Below are positions 41,455-53,228 of a stretch of DNA of 64,000 nt, piece by piece. Position numbers and translations under genes: made by a program. The notes below the pieces were generated by a model. That model saw nothing but the letters and a program-made list of their open reading frames with translations. It ran no database searches and had not been told where the DNA came from. The stretch lies in NCBI RefSeq assembly GCF_058153355.1, contig NZ_CM177019.1. One strand, written 5' to 3'. Every line of letters begins with the position of its first letter. The stretch's first letter is position 1.

Positions 41455-43077
41455 TTACAGTTTTGGACCAGCCGCTACCAGCGCGGCACCCGCAGGGGTG
41501 TCGGTGTATTTATCGAAGTTGTCGATAAACAGTTTCGCCAGAGTTTCGGCTTTTTCCTGCCACTGTTCCGGAGAAGCGTAGGTGTTACGCGGATCGAGGA
41601 TCTTAGTGTCTACGCCCGGCAGTTCAGTCGGGATCGCCAGGTTAAACATCGGCAGAGTGAAGGTTTCTGCGTTATCCAGCGAACCGTTGAGGATAGCGTC
41701 GATAATGGCGCGGGTATCTTTAATGGAGATACGTTTGCCAGTACCGTTCCAGCCGGTGTTAACCAGATATGCCTGCGCACCCGCCGCTTGCATACGTTTC
41801 ACCAGCACTTCTGCGTACTGAGTTGGGTGCAGCGACAGGAACGCCGCGCCGAAGCAAGCGGAGAAGGTTGGCGTCGGTTCGGTGATGCCACGTTCAGTAC
41901 CGGCCAGTTTGGCGGTGAAGCCAGAGAGGAAGTGGTACTGAGTTTGATCGGCAGTCAGGCGAGAAACCGGTGGCAGCACACCAAAGGCGTCTGCGGTCAG
42001 GAAGATAACTTTAGTTGCATGGCCCGCTTTGGAAACCGGTTTAACGATGTTATCGATGTGATAGATCGGATAAGAAACGCGGGTGTTCTCGGTTTTTGAA
42101 CCATCGTCAAAATCGATAGTGCCATCTTCACGTACGGTGACGTTTTCCAGCAGCGCATCGCGACGGATAGCGTTGTAGATTTCAGGTTCCGCTTCTTTCG
42201 ACAGCTTGATGGTTTTCGCGTAGCAGCCGCCTTCGAAGTTAAACACGCCGTCGTCATCCCAGCCGTGCTCGTCATCGCCAATCAGGCGACGTTTCGGGTC
42301 GGTGGAAAGGGTGGTTTTACCGGTGCCGGAAAGACCAAAGAACACCGCAACATCGCCTTTCTCGCCAACGTTGGCGGAGCAGTGCATAGAAGCGATGCCT
42401 TTCAGCGGCAGCAGGTAGTTCATCATTGAGAACATCCCTTTCTTCATTTCGCCGCCGTACCAGGTGCCGCCAATCAGCTGCATACGCTCGGTCAGGTTAA
42501 ACGCCACGAAGTTTTCAGAGTTCAGCCCCTGCTCTTTCCACTGGGGGTTAGTGCATTTTGCGCCGTTCATAACGATAAAGTCAGGTTTAAAACCAGCCAG
42601 CTCTTCATCGCTCGGGCGAATAAACATGTTTTTGACAAAATGCGCCTGCCAGGCCACTTCGGTGATGAAACGGACGGAAAGACGCGTGTCTGGGTTCGCA
42701 CCACAGAAAGCGTCGACAACGAACAGACGTTTACCGGAAAGCTGTTTGGTCACCAGGCCCTTCAGATGCTGCCAGGTTTCCGGAGAGAGAGGTTTGTTGT
42801 CGTTCTTACCTTTGCCTTTATCAGCCCACCAGAAGGTATCGCGAGTGGTATCGTCACGGACGATATATTTATCTTTTGGTGAGCGACCGGTGAATATACC
42901 GGTATCGACGGCAACGGCACCCAGATTAGTTAACACCCCGCGCTCATAACCTGTCAGGCTCGGATCGAGCTCTTCCTGATACAGCAGGTCGTAGCTTGGG
43001 TTGTAAACGATATCATGTACGTCACTGATACCATAAGCCTCGAGTTCTTGCGGGGTCAAACCATTGTTAACGCGCAT
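41455..43077 (-). CDS. pck: phosphoenolpyruvate carboxykinase (ATP)
   Basis: 540 aa from [17 protein letters not shown]; kinase motif GLSGTGKTT; track ORF is extended 23 codons. Confidence 0.95.
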
Positions 43078-43455
43078 TTCACTGCTCCTTAGCCAATATG
43101 TATTGCCTGAATAGTAAAGTCTTTTTGGGGGTGTTAACCGCGACAAGGCTCATAGATTTACGTATCTGGAGAAATTCATATTTGACAAAAAACTCCGTGA
43201 TTCCTGTCACGAAACGGTTGCTATTATCGCAGAAATAGCATTTTAGGTGTGGAAAATGTTCTTAAAAGGTTAAATCTTGGTTTATATGGCGGGAATATTG
43301 TGAGTGGAATCGCATTCCTGAATGAAATTGATGCAAATTCAATCAGTAAAGTATCGATTCACCACGCTAACTTTTTTTGATTATTTTCTGAAAAAAGCAA
43401 AATACTACGGCCCGGATGCGATAATTAACCCACTTTTTGATTCTGGATAACTAAC

Positions 43456-45180
43456 ATGGATAACGTTGAACTTTCACCCGCAACACGCTGGGGGATGATT
43501 GCTACCGGATTACTTCAGGGTCTGGTTTGCTACCTACTGATCGCCTGGCTTGCCGGAAAAAATCTCAGTTGGATTGTTTATGGCGTGCCTGCGACCGTCG
43601 CGTTTTCATCCGTTTTACTCTTCTCCGTGATCTCCTTTAAACAGAAGCGCCTTTGGGGATGGCTGGCGCTGGTGTTTATTGCCACGCTGGGAATGAGCGG
43701 CTGGCTGAAGTGGCAAACTGATGGCATGAACCCCTGGAGAGCTGAAAAGGCGCTTTGGGATTTTGGTTGCTATCTGCTGCTGATGGCAATGTTGTTGCTA
43801 CCGTGGATACAACAAAGCCTTCGCATCCGCAATGACAGTAGCCGCTATCGCTATTTTTACCAGTCAGTATGGCATAACGTACTTATATTACTGGTGATTT
43901 TTCTCGCCAATGGCCTGACGTGGCTGGTGCTATTACTGTGGAGTGAGTTGTTTAAACTTGTTGGCATCACGTTTTTCAAAACGCTCTTTTTTGCAACCGA
44001 CTGGTTTATTTATCTCACGTTAGGTCTGGTTACCACACTGGCGGTGATCCTCGCGCGTACACAGTCACGTTTAATCGACTCTATTCAAAAGTTGTTCACG
44101 TTAATCGCCACTGGGTTGCTGCCGTTAGTATCATTGCTAACCCTGATGTTTATCATCACCCTGCCGTTTACGGGCCTGAGCGCGATTTCTCGCCACATCT
44201 CCGCCGCCGGGTTGCTGTTGACGCTGGCCTTTTTGCAATTGATTTTAATGGCTATTGTCCGCGATCCGCAAAAAGCGTCACTTCCCTGGACGGGGCCGTT
44301 GCGTTGCCTGATTAAAACCGCTCTGCTGGCTGCTCCGCTGTATGTGTTCGTCGCCGCCTGGGCGTTATGGCTGCGGGTCGCTCAGTACGGCTGGACTGTC
44401 GACCGCTTGCAGGGCACGCTGGCGGTGCTGGTGTTACTGGTATGGTCGCTGGGGTATTTTGTCAGTATCGTCTGGCGTAAAGGGCAAACCCCTCTTGTTC
44501 TTCAGGGCAAAGTGAACCTTGCGGTTTCGTTATTGGTGTTGGTAATACTGGTGCTTCTTAATTCGCCGGTGCTGGATAGTATGCGCATTAGTGTGAACAG
44601 TCATATGGCACGTTATCAGAGCGGCAAGAACACGCCAGATCAGGTAAGTCTCTACATGCTCGAACAGAACGGTCGCTATGGACGTGCGGCGCTTGAGTCG
44701 CTGAAAAGCGATGCCGAGTATATGAAAGACCCGAAACGCGCACGGGATCTGCTGATGACGTTAGATGGAGAGCAACATCTTCAGGAACAGGTATCGGAAA
44801 AAGTATTAGCCGAAAATGTGTTAATTGCCCCAGGCTCTGGCAAACCGGATACGGCATTCTGGTCGGCCTTAATCCAGGATCGCTATAACGTGATGACCTG
44901 TATTGAAAAAGACGCCTGCGTACTGGTCGAGCAAGATCTGAATAGTGATGGTCAGGCGGAGCGGATCCTGTTTGCTTTTAATGATGACAGAGTCATTGTC
45001 TATGGCTTTGACCCGGCCAGAAAAGAATGGGACGCGCTTGATATGAGTTTACTTCCGCGCCAAATAACGAAAGAAAAATTACTCGCTGCTGCGAAGGATG
45101 GAAAACTGGGGACGAAGCCTAAAGCATGGTGTGATCTGACGGTAGATGGTGAAACGCTGGAAATAAACCTAAGTAAGTGA
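43456..45180 (+). CDS. yhgE: inner-membrane protein YhgE
   Basis: 574 aa polytopic membrane protein; conserved position next to pck. Confidence 0.88.
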   Translation: MDNVELSPATRWGMIATGLLQGLVCYLLIAWLAGKNLSWIVYGVPATVAFSSVLLFSVISFKQKRLWGWLALVFIATLGMSGWLKWQTDGMNPWRAEKALWDFGCYLLLMAMLLLPWIQQSLRIRNDSSRYRYFYQSVWHNVLILLVIFLANGLTWLVLLLWSELFKLVGITFFKTLFFATDWFIYLTLGLVTTLAVILARTQSRLIDSIQKLFTLIATGLLPLVSLLTLMFIITLPFTGLSAISRHISAAGLLLTLAFLQLILMAIVRDPQKASLPWTGPLRCLIKTALLAAPLYVFVAAWALWLRVAQYGWTVDRLQGTLAVLVLLVWSLGYFVSIVWRKGQTPLVLQGKVNLAVSLLVLVILVLLNSPVLDSMRISVNSHMARYQSGKNTPDQVSLYMLEQNGRYGRAALESLKSDAEYMKDPKRARDLLMTLDGEQHLQEQVSEKVLAENVLIAPGSGKPDTAFWSALIQDRYNVMTCIEKDACVLVEQDLNSDGQAERILFAFNDDRVIVYGFDPARKEWDALDMSLLPRQITKEKLLAAAKDGKLGTKPKAWCDLTVDGETLEINLSK

Positions 45181-45250
45181 CAATGCGTATTTGATTTTTT
45201 ATCGGATACGACGCTTTATCTTACCAACAATAACTTGCGAATTATTGCAT

Positions 45251-45279
45251 AGGCCTGGTAAGCGCAGCGCATCAGGCCA
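45251..45279. repeat. REP palindromic unit
   Basis: aggcctggtaagcgcagcgcatcaggcc between yhgE and hslO. Confidence 0.45.
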
Positions 45280-45324
45280 TTACGTCGTAAAATCCGGCAG
45301 AGCACTCTCTGCCGGACATACTCA

Positions 45325-46209
45325 TTAATGAACTTGCGGATCTGCCGGAGACGCGTTGTTGCGGATTTCAGCAATATCCATCGCATTGAACAGATAGTGG
45401 TTACCGCAGTAATCACAATGCATGTCAATTTCGCCTTCTTCCGCCAGAATGCTATCCACTTCTTCATCCGGCAGCGTTTTTAGCGCGTCGGCGCAACGTT
45501 CACGCGAGCAGGTGCATTTGAACTCCACATCCTGCGGATCGTAAACCGTCACCTCTTCTTCGTGATACAAACGCCACAACACTTCGTTTGCCGGTAAGGT
45601 CAGCAGTTCTTCGGTTTTGATGGTTTCGGTTAGCGTTGCCAGGTGGTCAAAGTCGTCCTGCTGGGCATTTTGCGCAGGCATTACCTGCAACAACATACCG
45701 CCTGCAGCCGGTTTGCCGTCTACGTCGCCGGTGCGAATAAACAGGCGCGTCGGCAGCTGTTCAGAACGCATAAAGTAATCTTCCAGGCAGGCCGCCAGGG
45801 TATCACCTTCCAGACCAACCACGCCCTGATAGCGTTCGCCTTCGCTCGGAGTAATGGTGATCACTACGTAACCATTGCCGACCAGCGTTTTCAGGTCGGC
45901 ATTTTCTGGAATTTCGCCCTGCACGCGCGCCACACCGCGCATCTGCTGGTTGTTGTTACCATTAATAACCGCCAGATTCATCGGTCCGTCGCCTTGCAGT
46001 TGTACGGTGATATCACCATCAAACTTCAGCGTAGCGGTTAACAGGCTGGTCGCAACCAGCAGTTCTGCCAGCACGTTTTTAACGGGCTGCGGATAATCGT
46101 GATTCTCAAGGATCTGTTGCAGGGTTTCCGAAACGGTTACCAGTTCGCCGCGAACGGCAAAGTTTTCAAACAGATAGCGATGTAATTGGTCATGTTGCGG
46201 CATAATCAT
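45325..46209 (-). CDS. hslO: redox-regulated chaperone Hsp33
   Basis: C-terminal zinc centre CTCSRERC...CDYCGNHY; N-terminus MIMPQHDQL (start may be 6 nt downstream). Confidence 0.93.
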   Translation of the reverse strand: MIMPQHDQLHRYLFENFAVRGELVTVSETLQQILENHDYPQPVKNVLAELLVATSLLTATLKFDGDITVQLQGDGPMNLAVINGNNNQQMRGVARVQGEIPENADLKTLVGNGYVVITITPSEGERYQGVVGLEGDTLAACLEDYFMRSEQLPTRLFIRTGDVDGKPAAGGMLLQVMPAQNAQQDDFDHLATLTETIKTEELLTLPANEVLWRLYHEEEVTVYDPQDVEFKCTCSRERCADALKTLPDEEVDSILAEEGEIDMHCDYCGNHYLFNAMDIAEIRNNASPADPQVH

Positions 46210-46227
46210 CTCTCTTGCAGGTGACAG

Positions 46228-46629
46228 TTATTCACTGTCGCCATGTTTAAATCGTAACAGGTCGCGGCGCTCTTTTTTGTCCGGGCGTCGGTCCGGGTGC
46301 GGCATGGTTAAGGCATTAAGTTTACGTGCCAGCGCCATTTTTTCGCGTTTCTCTACACTTTCTGCAGTCTCTTCATACAGCAAGACTGCCTCGCTGGCGG
46401 GGCGACGCTGTTCAGTAATCGCCTTTACAATCACCGTTCGTTCGTCATTTCCCTGGCGCAGAGTGAGCGTGGCATTCAGCTCGACGATTTTGCTTGGCTT
46501 GCTGCGCTGCCCGTTGTAGTGCACCTTACCGCCTTCGATCATTTCGCGGGCCAGCGCGCGGGTTTTATAAAAACGGGCGGCCCATAGCCATTTATCCAGT
46601 CGAACCTCAACAGCAGGTTTTTCTTTCAT
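46228..46629 (-). CDS. hslR: heat shock protein Hsp15 (ribosome-associated)
   Basis: 133 aa S4-like RNA-binding protein upstream of hslO. Confidence 0.93.
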   Translation of the reverse strand: MKEKPAVEVRLDKWLWAARFYKTRALAREMIEGGKVHYNGQRSKPSKIVELNATLTLRQGNDERTVIVKAITEQRRPASEAVLLYEETAESVEKREKMALARKLNALTMPHPDRRPDKKERRDLLRFKHGDSE

Positions 46630-46639
46630 GGCGTCTCCT

Positions 46640-47308
46640 TCACATTAGCGAGGGGATCAGGCGGCGGTAGTCATTCAGTGACGGATGGTGCTGATACTGT
46701 TTCTCGGCAATCCCGGAGTCAGGATTAGTCACACCGAGGCAGTAACGAATACCAAATTGTGCGGCAGCATCGAGAATCGCTTCGCTGTCATCAATAAACA
46801 GCGTTCTTTCAGCTTTCATACCCGTAGCTTCGGCCACCGCATGCCATAACCGCTGATCCTCTTTCGGATAACCAAATGTGTGGGTGGAAAGTAATAAATC
46901 AAGGTGTGCGTCCAGACCGGTATGCTCAAGTTTTACCGCCAGGTTATGCGGATGAGCATTGGTGAGCAAAATTCGTTGCTTACCACTGGCTTTCAGTGCC
47001 TCAAGAAACGGAATGGTATCTTCACGCAGCACGGCACGCGGTCCCATCTCAGTGGTCATCGCACAGATATCCAGACCCAGTTGCTCACTCCAGTAATCAA
47101 GACAGTACCAGTTTAGCGTATGCTGCACGTCGTGATATTGCTGGCGCATATATTCCATCGCTTCCTGTGGCGTGACCCCGTTTTTCGCCCCCCATGTTTC
47201 AGGCACCAGTTTTTGCCAGAAATAGTTATCGAAGGCGAGGTCGAGCAACGTGCCGTCCATATCCAGCAGAACGGTATCTACGTCCTGCCAGGCAATGTTG
47301 ATATGCAT
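46640..47308 (-). CDS. yrfG: HAD-family nucleotidase YrfG
   Basis: 222 aa from MHINIAWQDVDTVLLDMDGTLLD (HAD motif I); Shine-Dalgarno GGAG; track ORF is extended. Confidence 0.88.
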   Translation of the reverse strand: MHINIAWQDVDTVLLDMDGTLLDLAFDNYFWQKLVPETWGAKNGVTPQEAMEYMRQQYHDVQHTLNWYCLDYWSEQLGLDICAMTTEMGPRAVLREDTIPFLEALKASGKQRILLTNAHPHNLAVKLEHTGLDAHLDLLLSTHTFGYPKEDQRLWHAVAEATGMKAERTLFIDDSEAILDAAAQFGIRYCLGVTNPDSGIAEKQYQHHPSLNDYRRLIPSLM

Positions 47309-47372
47309 GAGGGAAATCTCCAGAGTGAAGCAATTTGCGCGACAGGGTAGCATAACCTGCCGCGCAAACGTG

Positions 47373-49508
47373 TTATTCAATAAGGCTTTCTGAAGAGGTA
47401 ATCAGTTGCGGATTCAGGCAGCTTTCATAATAGGCCTGAATCTCCATCATCCTGGTGCGATGACGTTGATAACGACGCCACGCCTGCACGCCATTATAGA
47501 TGGCGCTACCCAGCATCGTCAGTAGCAAAAGTGTGGTGCTGAGATAGCGCCACAGGCCGGAACGATCCGGGATCGGATGAAGGCCTATATGCTGCGTACC
47601 ATTGGCGTCGGTGAAGATTTTTGTGACGATGCCTTCGGCGTTAAACGGCGTATGCATTAACATTTGCGCCAGTTTCTGGAAAGCGTTCCACTGTTCTTGC
47701 GGCGGGTAGTCGTAAAGTGATGTTGAAGGCCAGGGTTGATCAACAAAATCGCTGCCTTCGTCGCTGACAATCAGGAATCCGCCTGGGGCCGGACTGTTAA
47801 GTGACTGTGCCGCTCGCGCTGTTTCATGCGTGATGAACGGTGCGGTGGAGGTCGCCACCAGGTTATCCAGCGATTCCGCACTCACTGGGCGTAATAACAC
47901 ATTCACGCCATCGAGTTTCCCGGCGTTAGCGCGTTTGACCAGCGCGTCCCAGTCTTTACTGTTGCCGAGATTGACCAGCGCATTTTTCAGTCGCACACAG
48001 TCATCTTTGGCAGAACACAGATCCGCTGTCTTCAGTACTATGTCGCCAAAATCATCAAGCAATACCATGCCGGATTTTTGAATTGCTGAACGTAATGAGG
48101 CGCTGACGCGAGATTCATCTTCCGGTTTAGGGTGCAGCTGGCGATTAACTGCTTCGGTCAATGCCGTCGCTTTGTTGACCAGTTCAGATTCTGGTAATGG
48201 TAATGAACGGGCGTCATTCCAGATGATCTGCGAGCAGTCAAACGGTAAAAAAGGTGAATTGGTTTTCGCGCTCCAGGTACCGGAAGTGCGAATATTACAC
48301 ATTCCCGTACCGCTAATACGCAATGTATCGCCAACCCGCACGCCAGCGTCAGCCAGTTGTTTCACGCTGGTGGCTTCAATGGTCTGCGCGCCTTTCATCC
48401 ACGAGAGGGTGAATTTCAGCGGCATATCCAGCGGGATCCAGAATAACAGCATAAACAGCACCAGTAGCGAGCCCGCAGCGATAATCGTACTGCGCAGCCA
48501 GTGCTGTAACGGAAAGTTTTTTACTTCATCATGCAGCGAAAGATATCGCCCCTGACGCACTACGTGGCGGTCGAGATAGATATCGATATCGGTTTGTTGG
48601 CCGAGATCCTGAGCAATGTAGGGCTGCCAGTGTGCGGGATAGACCAGGTCGATAATACCGAGTGAAATATTGTTGATCTGTTCCTGATCGTTTTCGCCAA
48701 ACAATCCCCAACGACGGGGTGTACCGCGCAGACAATGAATTTCCCGCAGGGAGGATTTTGCCGGGGGCGCGAATAGCCCCCACAGTCCTGCGCCCAGCAG
48801 CAGTAACGCGCCGCCTGCCAGCCACGGAACAAATACATCCGGGGTAATCAGGCAGAAAAAGAACATCAGGAAGGAGGCGACAATCAGCAACGCTTCGCGC
48901 AGCCCGCGCGGACGACTTAGCGCATACTCTTCGTGCGTTTCTTTGCGAATATTGAGTAGCTCGATTTGCTCACTCTCTTCCCCGCGAATAGACGCCTGTG
49001 TTGACGGAACAGGTTGCAAGGCATAGCCGCGAGTTTCCTGCATGTACTCCTGCAGCGTATGACCGTTGAGTGAAATAACCAGCGGCAGCGAATCGGTATG
49101 AATCAGTTCAACGGTATTCTCATCGTTGATGTACTGCTCCCAGAAAGGGGGCAGGTGGACTTCTACCGAATCGAGGTAGTAACGCCATTTATTCGGATCG
49201 TCGGTAGAGATGCCGTAACGCGTGATAGCGTGTGTCAGCATCATGACGTTGTTGCTTTCGGCATTCAGCGCCAGAGAGATCGGTGCCGCGCTGGCTCCCG
49301 TTGGGCCCGGCACCTGTAATACCTGCGTCAGGCTCTCAAGATAATTTTCAACGGCGCTACGTTCTTCAGGTGTGAGTTTACGCGTTTGCGCATCCGCGAA
49401 GGCGTTGGTCCAGGGCAGCTGACGCCGTCTGGATCGCACTTTTATCAGCCATCCCGCAAGTAGTGAGCAGGCCAGCAAAGCAGCTAAAAAAATCACAATG
49501 GTGCTCAT
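47373..49508 (-). CDS. igaA: Rcs-system attenuator IgaA (YrfF)
   Basis: 711 aa membrane protein; conserved position. Confidence 0.9.
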   Translation of the reverse strand: MSTIVIFLAALLACSLLAGWLIKVRSRRRQLPWTNAFADAQTRKLTPEERSAVENYLESLTQVLQVPGPTGASAAPISLALNAESNNVMMLTHAITRYGISTDDPNKWRYYLDSVEVHLPPFWEQYINDENTVELIHTDSLPLVISLNGHTLQEYMQETRGYALQPVPSTQASIRGEESEQIELLNIRKETHEEYALSRPRGLREALLIVASFLMFFFCLITPDVFVPWLAGGALLLLGAGLWGLFAPPAKSSLREIHCLRGTPRRWGLFGENDQEQINNISLGIIDLVYPAHWQPYIAQDLGQQTDIDIYLDRHVVRQGRYLSLHDEVKNFPLQHWLRSTIIAAGSLLVLFMLLFWIPLDMPLKFTLSWMKGAQTIEATSVKQLADAGVRVGDTLRISGTGMCNIRTSGTWSAKTNSPFLPFDCSQIIWNDARSLPLPESELVNKATALTEAVNRQLHPKPEDESRVSASLRSAIQKSGMVLLDDFGDIVLKTADLCSAKDDCVRLKNALVNLGNSKDWDALVKRANAGKLDGVNVLLRPVSAESLDNLVATSTAPFITHETARAAQSLNSPAPGGFLIVSDEGSDFVDQPWPSTSLYDYPPQEQWNAFQKLAQMLMHTPFNAEGIVTKIFTDANGTQHIGLHPIPDRSGLWRYLSTTLLLLTMLGSAIYNGVQAWRRYQRHRTRMMEIQAYYESCLNPQLITSSESLIE

Positions 49509-49827
49509 GCTTTCCCCATCTTACTTAGTCTGTCAGGCGTGGTCAGTCGCACCGGACACAATACATGATTCTGCGGTTGGCTATCGGCAAGCGTGGAGTT
49601 TAACTTGAGCATCATTAAGCACATCACAGTAACCGCTGATCATAGCAAACCCTCTGAAGGCGGAATATCAGCAAATTCCTGGAGTTATTTCAACCTATTG
49701 ACTTTTAATTTGATTTGAGGATGATTATTTAATAAGTTACATAAATGTAAATAACATGCAATTCACATTGCCGAAAGCGTGTCCGATATCGCACAATAAC
49801 CGCTGATTTCACAGCATAGATCCCACG

Positions 49828-50388
49828 ATGAGCAAATCATTACAAAAACCCACCATTCTGAATGTTGAAACTGTAGCCCGTTCACGACTGTTTACCGTCG
49901 AAAGCGTGGATCTGGAGTTCAGCAATGGCGTGCGGCGTGTTTATGAACGAATGCGTCCAACCAACCGGGAAGCGGTGATGATTGTGCCGATTGTGGACGA
50001 TCACCTGATCCTGATCCGCGAATACGCAGTGGGAACGGAATCCTACGAATTAGGTTTTTCGAAAGGATTAATTGATCCGGGTGAAAGCGTCTACGAAGCC
50101 GCTAACCGCGAGCTAAAAGAAGAGGTTGGATTTGGTGCGAACGATCTGACTTTTTTGAAGAAGCTCAGCATGGCACCGTCTTACTTTTCCAGCAAAATGA
50201 ATATCGTAGTAGCGCAAGATCTCTACCCGGAATCGCTGGAAGGCGATGAGCCAGAGCCGCTACCACAGGTGCGCTGGCCGCTGGCGCATATGATGGATTT
50301 GCTGGAAGATCCTGACTTCAACGAAGCACGTAATGTCAGCGCACTGTTCCTCGTGCGCGAGTGGTTGAAGGAGCAGGGGCGAGTGTAA
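49828..50388 (+). CDS. nudE: ADP-sugar diphosphatase NudE (Nudix)
   Basis: 186 aa with Nudix box (GLIDPGESVYEAANRELKEEVGF). Confidence 0.9.
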   Translation: MSKSLQKPTILNVETVARSRLFTVESVDLEFSNGVRRVYERMRPTNREAVMIVPIVDDHLILIREYAVGTESYELGFSKGLIDPGESVYEAANRELKEEVGFGANDLTFLKKLSMAPSYFSSKMNIVVAQDLYPESLEGDEPEPLPQVRWPLAHMMDLLEDPDFNEARNVSALFLVREWLKEQGRV

Positions 50389-50530
50389 ATGCGTGAAGTT
50401 TGCCTGATGCACAATGCTTATCAGGCCTGCGCGGCTCCTGCAATATATTGATTTTTATCGATATTTTCAGACGGATAACGTGTTCACGCCGTATCCGGTA
50501 TAAATAAAGTGACACTTTGTCAGCAAACAG

Positions 50531-50556
50531 AAAAAGGCGCCGAAGCGCCTTTTTAA
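50531..50556. terminator. bidirectional terminator between nudE and mrcA
   Basis: aaaaaggcgc-cgaa-gcgcctttttaa GC-rich hairpin with flanking A and T runs. Confidence 0.55.
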
Positions 50557-53109
50557 TCAGAACAATTCCTGTGCCTCGCCATTATCGATAATGGTCGTTC
50601 CCACCTCGTGCACCGCCTGTTGTGTCGGCTGTGTACCTTCGATGAAATACTCTTCGCGGCTGTTGCCACCATTAGCTAACTGCCCGGTGCTGCGATCGAT
50701 ATTCACCGTCACAATACCCGGCGGCGGCGTCAGCGGCTGTTCCGGCACGCCTTCAAGAACGGCTTTCATATAAGCGTCCCATGCAGGCTGGGCACTCTTG
50801 GCACCGCCTTCGTAACCTGAGATCTGATCTTTAATCGCTCCGGAAGCCGTTGTATGACCGAGATTACGGCGGTGATCATCAAAGCCAATCCAAACCGAGG
50901 TCACAACGCCCGGACCGTAACCCGAGAACCACGCATCTTTCGAACTGTTAGTGGTACCCGTTTTTCCGCCGATATCATGCCGTTGTAAATCACGACCTGC
51001 TCGCCAGCCGGTACCCTGCCAGCCTGGCTCACCAAAAATATTGGTGTTCAGGGCGCTCTTAATCAGGAATGCCAGCGGAGTGTTGATGACGTGCGGTGCG
51101 TACTCCTGCGCGCCAGTCTTCGCGACTAACGCCTGATTCGCCTGCTCCAGCTGCGGCATTGGTACAGAAACATTCTGCTGCTCGCGGGAGATAGCGACAT
51201 CTTCAACATCGTTATTTTCCAGCACGTTCGATTTCTGCGTATCACCGTAAATCACCGGAATATCGCATTCCGGGCAGGCTACTTTCGGTTTCGCTTCGAA
51301 AATCACGCCGCCCTGATCGTTTTCAATTTTGCTGATAAACCACGGGTCCACCAGGAAGCCGCCGTTCGCCATTACCGCGTAGCCGCGCGCCACCTGCATT
51401 GGGGTGAAGGACGCTGAACCCAGCGCCAGCGATTCGGTGTGGACAATGTTTTGCGCCGGGAAGCCGAAGCGTTGCAGATATTCTGCAGCGTAGTCGACGC
51501 CCATCGCCCGCATTGCGCGTACCATCACCACGTTTTTCGACTGGCCCAGTCCCTGACGTAAGCGAATTGGACCGGCATACTGTGGTGGTGAGTTCTTCGG
51601 CTGCCAGTCAGAACCGGCACCTGCATCCCAGCGGGAAATTGGCACATCGTTCAACATACTTGCCAGCGTCAGACCTTTATCCATCGCCGCGGTGTAGAGG
51701 AACGGTTTGATGTTGGAACCTACCTGACGCAGTGCCTGGGTGGCGCGGTTAAACTTGCTCTGATTGAAATCAAAGCCACCGACCAGCGCCATAACGGCAC
51801 CGTTTTGCGGATTGATCGACACCAGCGCCGAGTTCACTTCCGGCACTTGTGCCAGCCACCATGTATCGCCAACCTGACGAACCCAGATTTGCTGACCCGT
51901 TTGCAGAACATCGGTCACTTTACGCGGCGTCGGTCCCTGCTGAGTATCCGAACGGTAAGGACGCGCCCAGCGAACGCCTTCCATACTCAATGCGACGGTC
52001 GACCCGTCCGCCAGCATCGCCGTCGCTTCCTGAGGATTGGCGCTGGTGACTGCGGCAGGCAGCAGCGGACCATAGGTCGGCAGCGCCTTCAGCGTATCGG
52101 TAATCTTGTTGTTATCCCACGCCGATTCGCCCACTTTCCACAGCACATTTGCCGGGCCGCGATAGCCGTGGCGCATGTCGTAGTCCAGCACGTTATTACG
52201 TACTGCCTGCTGTGCGGCCTGCTGTACTTTGCGGGTGATGGTGGTGTAAATGCGATAACCGTCTTCATAGGCACTTTCGCCATAACGGTTATACATCTCC
52301 TGGCGCACCATTTCGCTCAGGTACGGCGCAGAGAAAGCAATCTCCGGCGCGTGATAGTTAGCGTTAATCGCCTCAGTGCGTGTCTGATCGAACTGTTGTT
52401 GGGTGATATACCCTTCATCCAGCATCCGCGACAGTACGACGTTACGCCGCGCGACGGCACGATCCATTGAGTAGAGCGGATTAAAGGTGGAAGGCGCTTT
52501 CGGCAGCCCGGCTATCACCGCCATTTCGTTCAGCGTCAGTTGGTCGACCGTTTTACCGAAATAGACTTGTGCCGCAGCACCGACACCATAGGCGCGGTAA
52601 CCGAGGTAAATCTTGTTCAGATAAAGCTCGAGGATCTCGTCTTTCGTCAGCAACTGTTCAATGCGAATCGCGAGGAAGACTTCCTTAATCTTACGCATCA
52701 GCGTGCGTTCTGGACTGAGGAAGAAGTTTCTCGCCAGCTGCTGGGTAATGGTACTCGCCCCTTGTGACGCGTGGCCGGAGAACAGCGCCACACTTGCCGC
52801 ACGGAAGATCCCCACCGGGTCAACGCCGTGATGCTCGTAGAAGCGGCTGTCTTCCGTCGCGATAAAGGCTTTCACCATCTCCGGCGGGATTTGATCCAAC
52901 GTAACCGGAATACGACGTTTCTCACCGTATTGAGCAATCAGCTCGCCATCGGCGCTGTAAATCTGCATCGGAATTTGCAGGCGAACATCTTTTAATGTCG
53001 CCACATCCGGCAGTTGTGGCTCGATGTAGCGGTATAGGCCATAAATCGAGCCTGCTCCCAGCAGAATGCAACAGACTGCAAGGATCAAAAAATACTTTAC
53101 GAACTTCAC
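50557..53109 (-). CDS. mrcA: penicillin-binding protein 1A
   Basis: 850 aa from a GTG start (VKFVKYFLIL); glycosyltransferase and transpeptidase domains. Alternative in-frame ATG at 53133. Confidence 0.93.
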   Translation of the reverse strand: MKFVKYFLILAVCCILLGAGSIYGLYRYIEPQLPDVATLKDVRLQIPMQIYSADGELIAQYGEKRRIPVTLDQIPPEMVKAFIATEDSRFYEHHGVDPVGIFRAASVALFSGHASQGASTITQQLARNFFLSPERTLMRKIKEVFLAIRIEQLLTKDEILELYLNKIYLGYRAYGVGAAAQVYFGKTVDQLTLNEMAVIAGLPKAPSTFNPLYSMDRAVARRNVVLSRMLDEGYITQQQFDQTRTEAINANYHAPEIAFSAPYLSEMVRQEMYNRYGESAYEDGYRIYTTITRKVQQAAQQAVRNNVLDYDMRHGYRGPANVLWKVGESAWDNNKITDTLKALPTYGPLLPAAVTSANPQEATAMLADGSTVALSMEGVRWARPYRSDTQQGPTPRKVTDVLQTGQQIWVRQVGDTWWLAQVPEVNSALVSINPQNGAVMALVGGFDFNQSKFNRATQALRQVGSNIKPFLYTAAMDKGLTLASMLNDVPISRWDAGAGSDWQPKNSPPQYAGPIRLRQGLGQSKNVVMVRAMRAMGVDYAAEYLQRFGFPAQNIVHTESLALGSASFTPMQVARGYAVMANGGFLVDPWFISKIENDQGGVIFEAKPKVACPECDIPVIYGDTQKSNVLENNDVEDVAISREQQNVSVPMPQLEQANQALVAKTGAQEYAPHVINTPLAFLIKSALNTNIFGEPGWQGTGWRAGRDLQRHDIGGKTGTTNSSKDAWFSGYGPGVVTSVWIGFDDHRRNLGHTTASGAIKDQISGYEGGAKSAQPAWDAYMKAVLEGVPEQPLTPPPGIVTVNIDRSTGQLANGGNSREEYFIEGTQPTQQAVHEVGTTIIDNGEAQELF

Positions 53110-53228
53110 TGGAAATTTCCCATTTAGTTTCATTTGGGCAGTTTATAAACAAACGCGCGGTAGTATAAAGGCAAGCCAGACGCATTGATATACCCGTCAG
53201 AGTGACGGGTGATAAGGAGATCATCACG

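Noticed and set aside
41455-43146. N-terminally extended track ORFs (pck 563 aa, yrfG 246 aa, aroK 240 aa, hofN 210 aa, greB 170 aa and others)
   Set aside because: The longest ORF is not the real gene in these cases; internal starts with ribosome-binding sites reproduce the known protein lengths and N-termini, so the extensions were trimmed.
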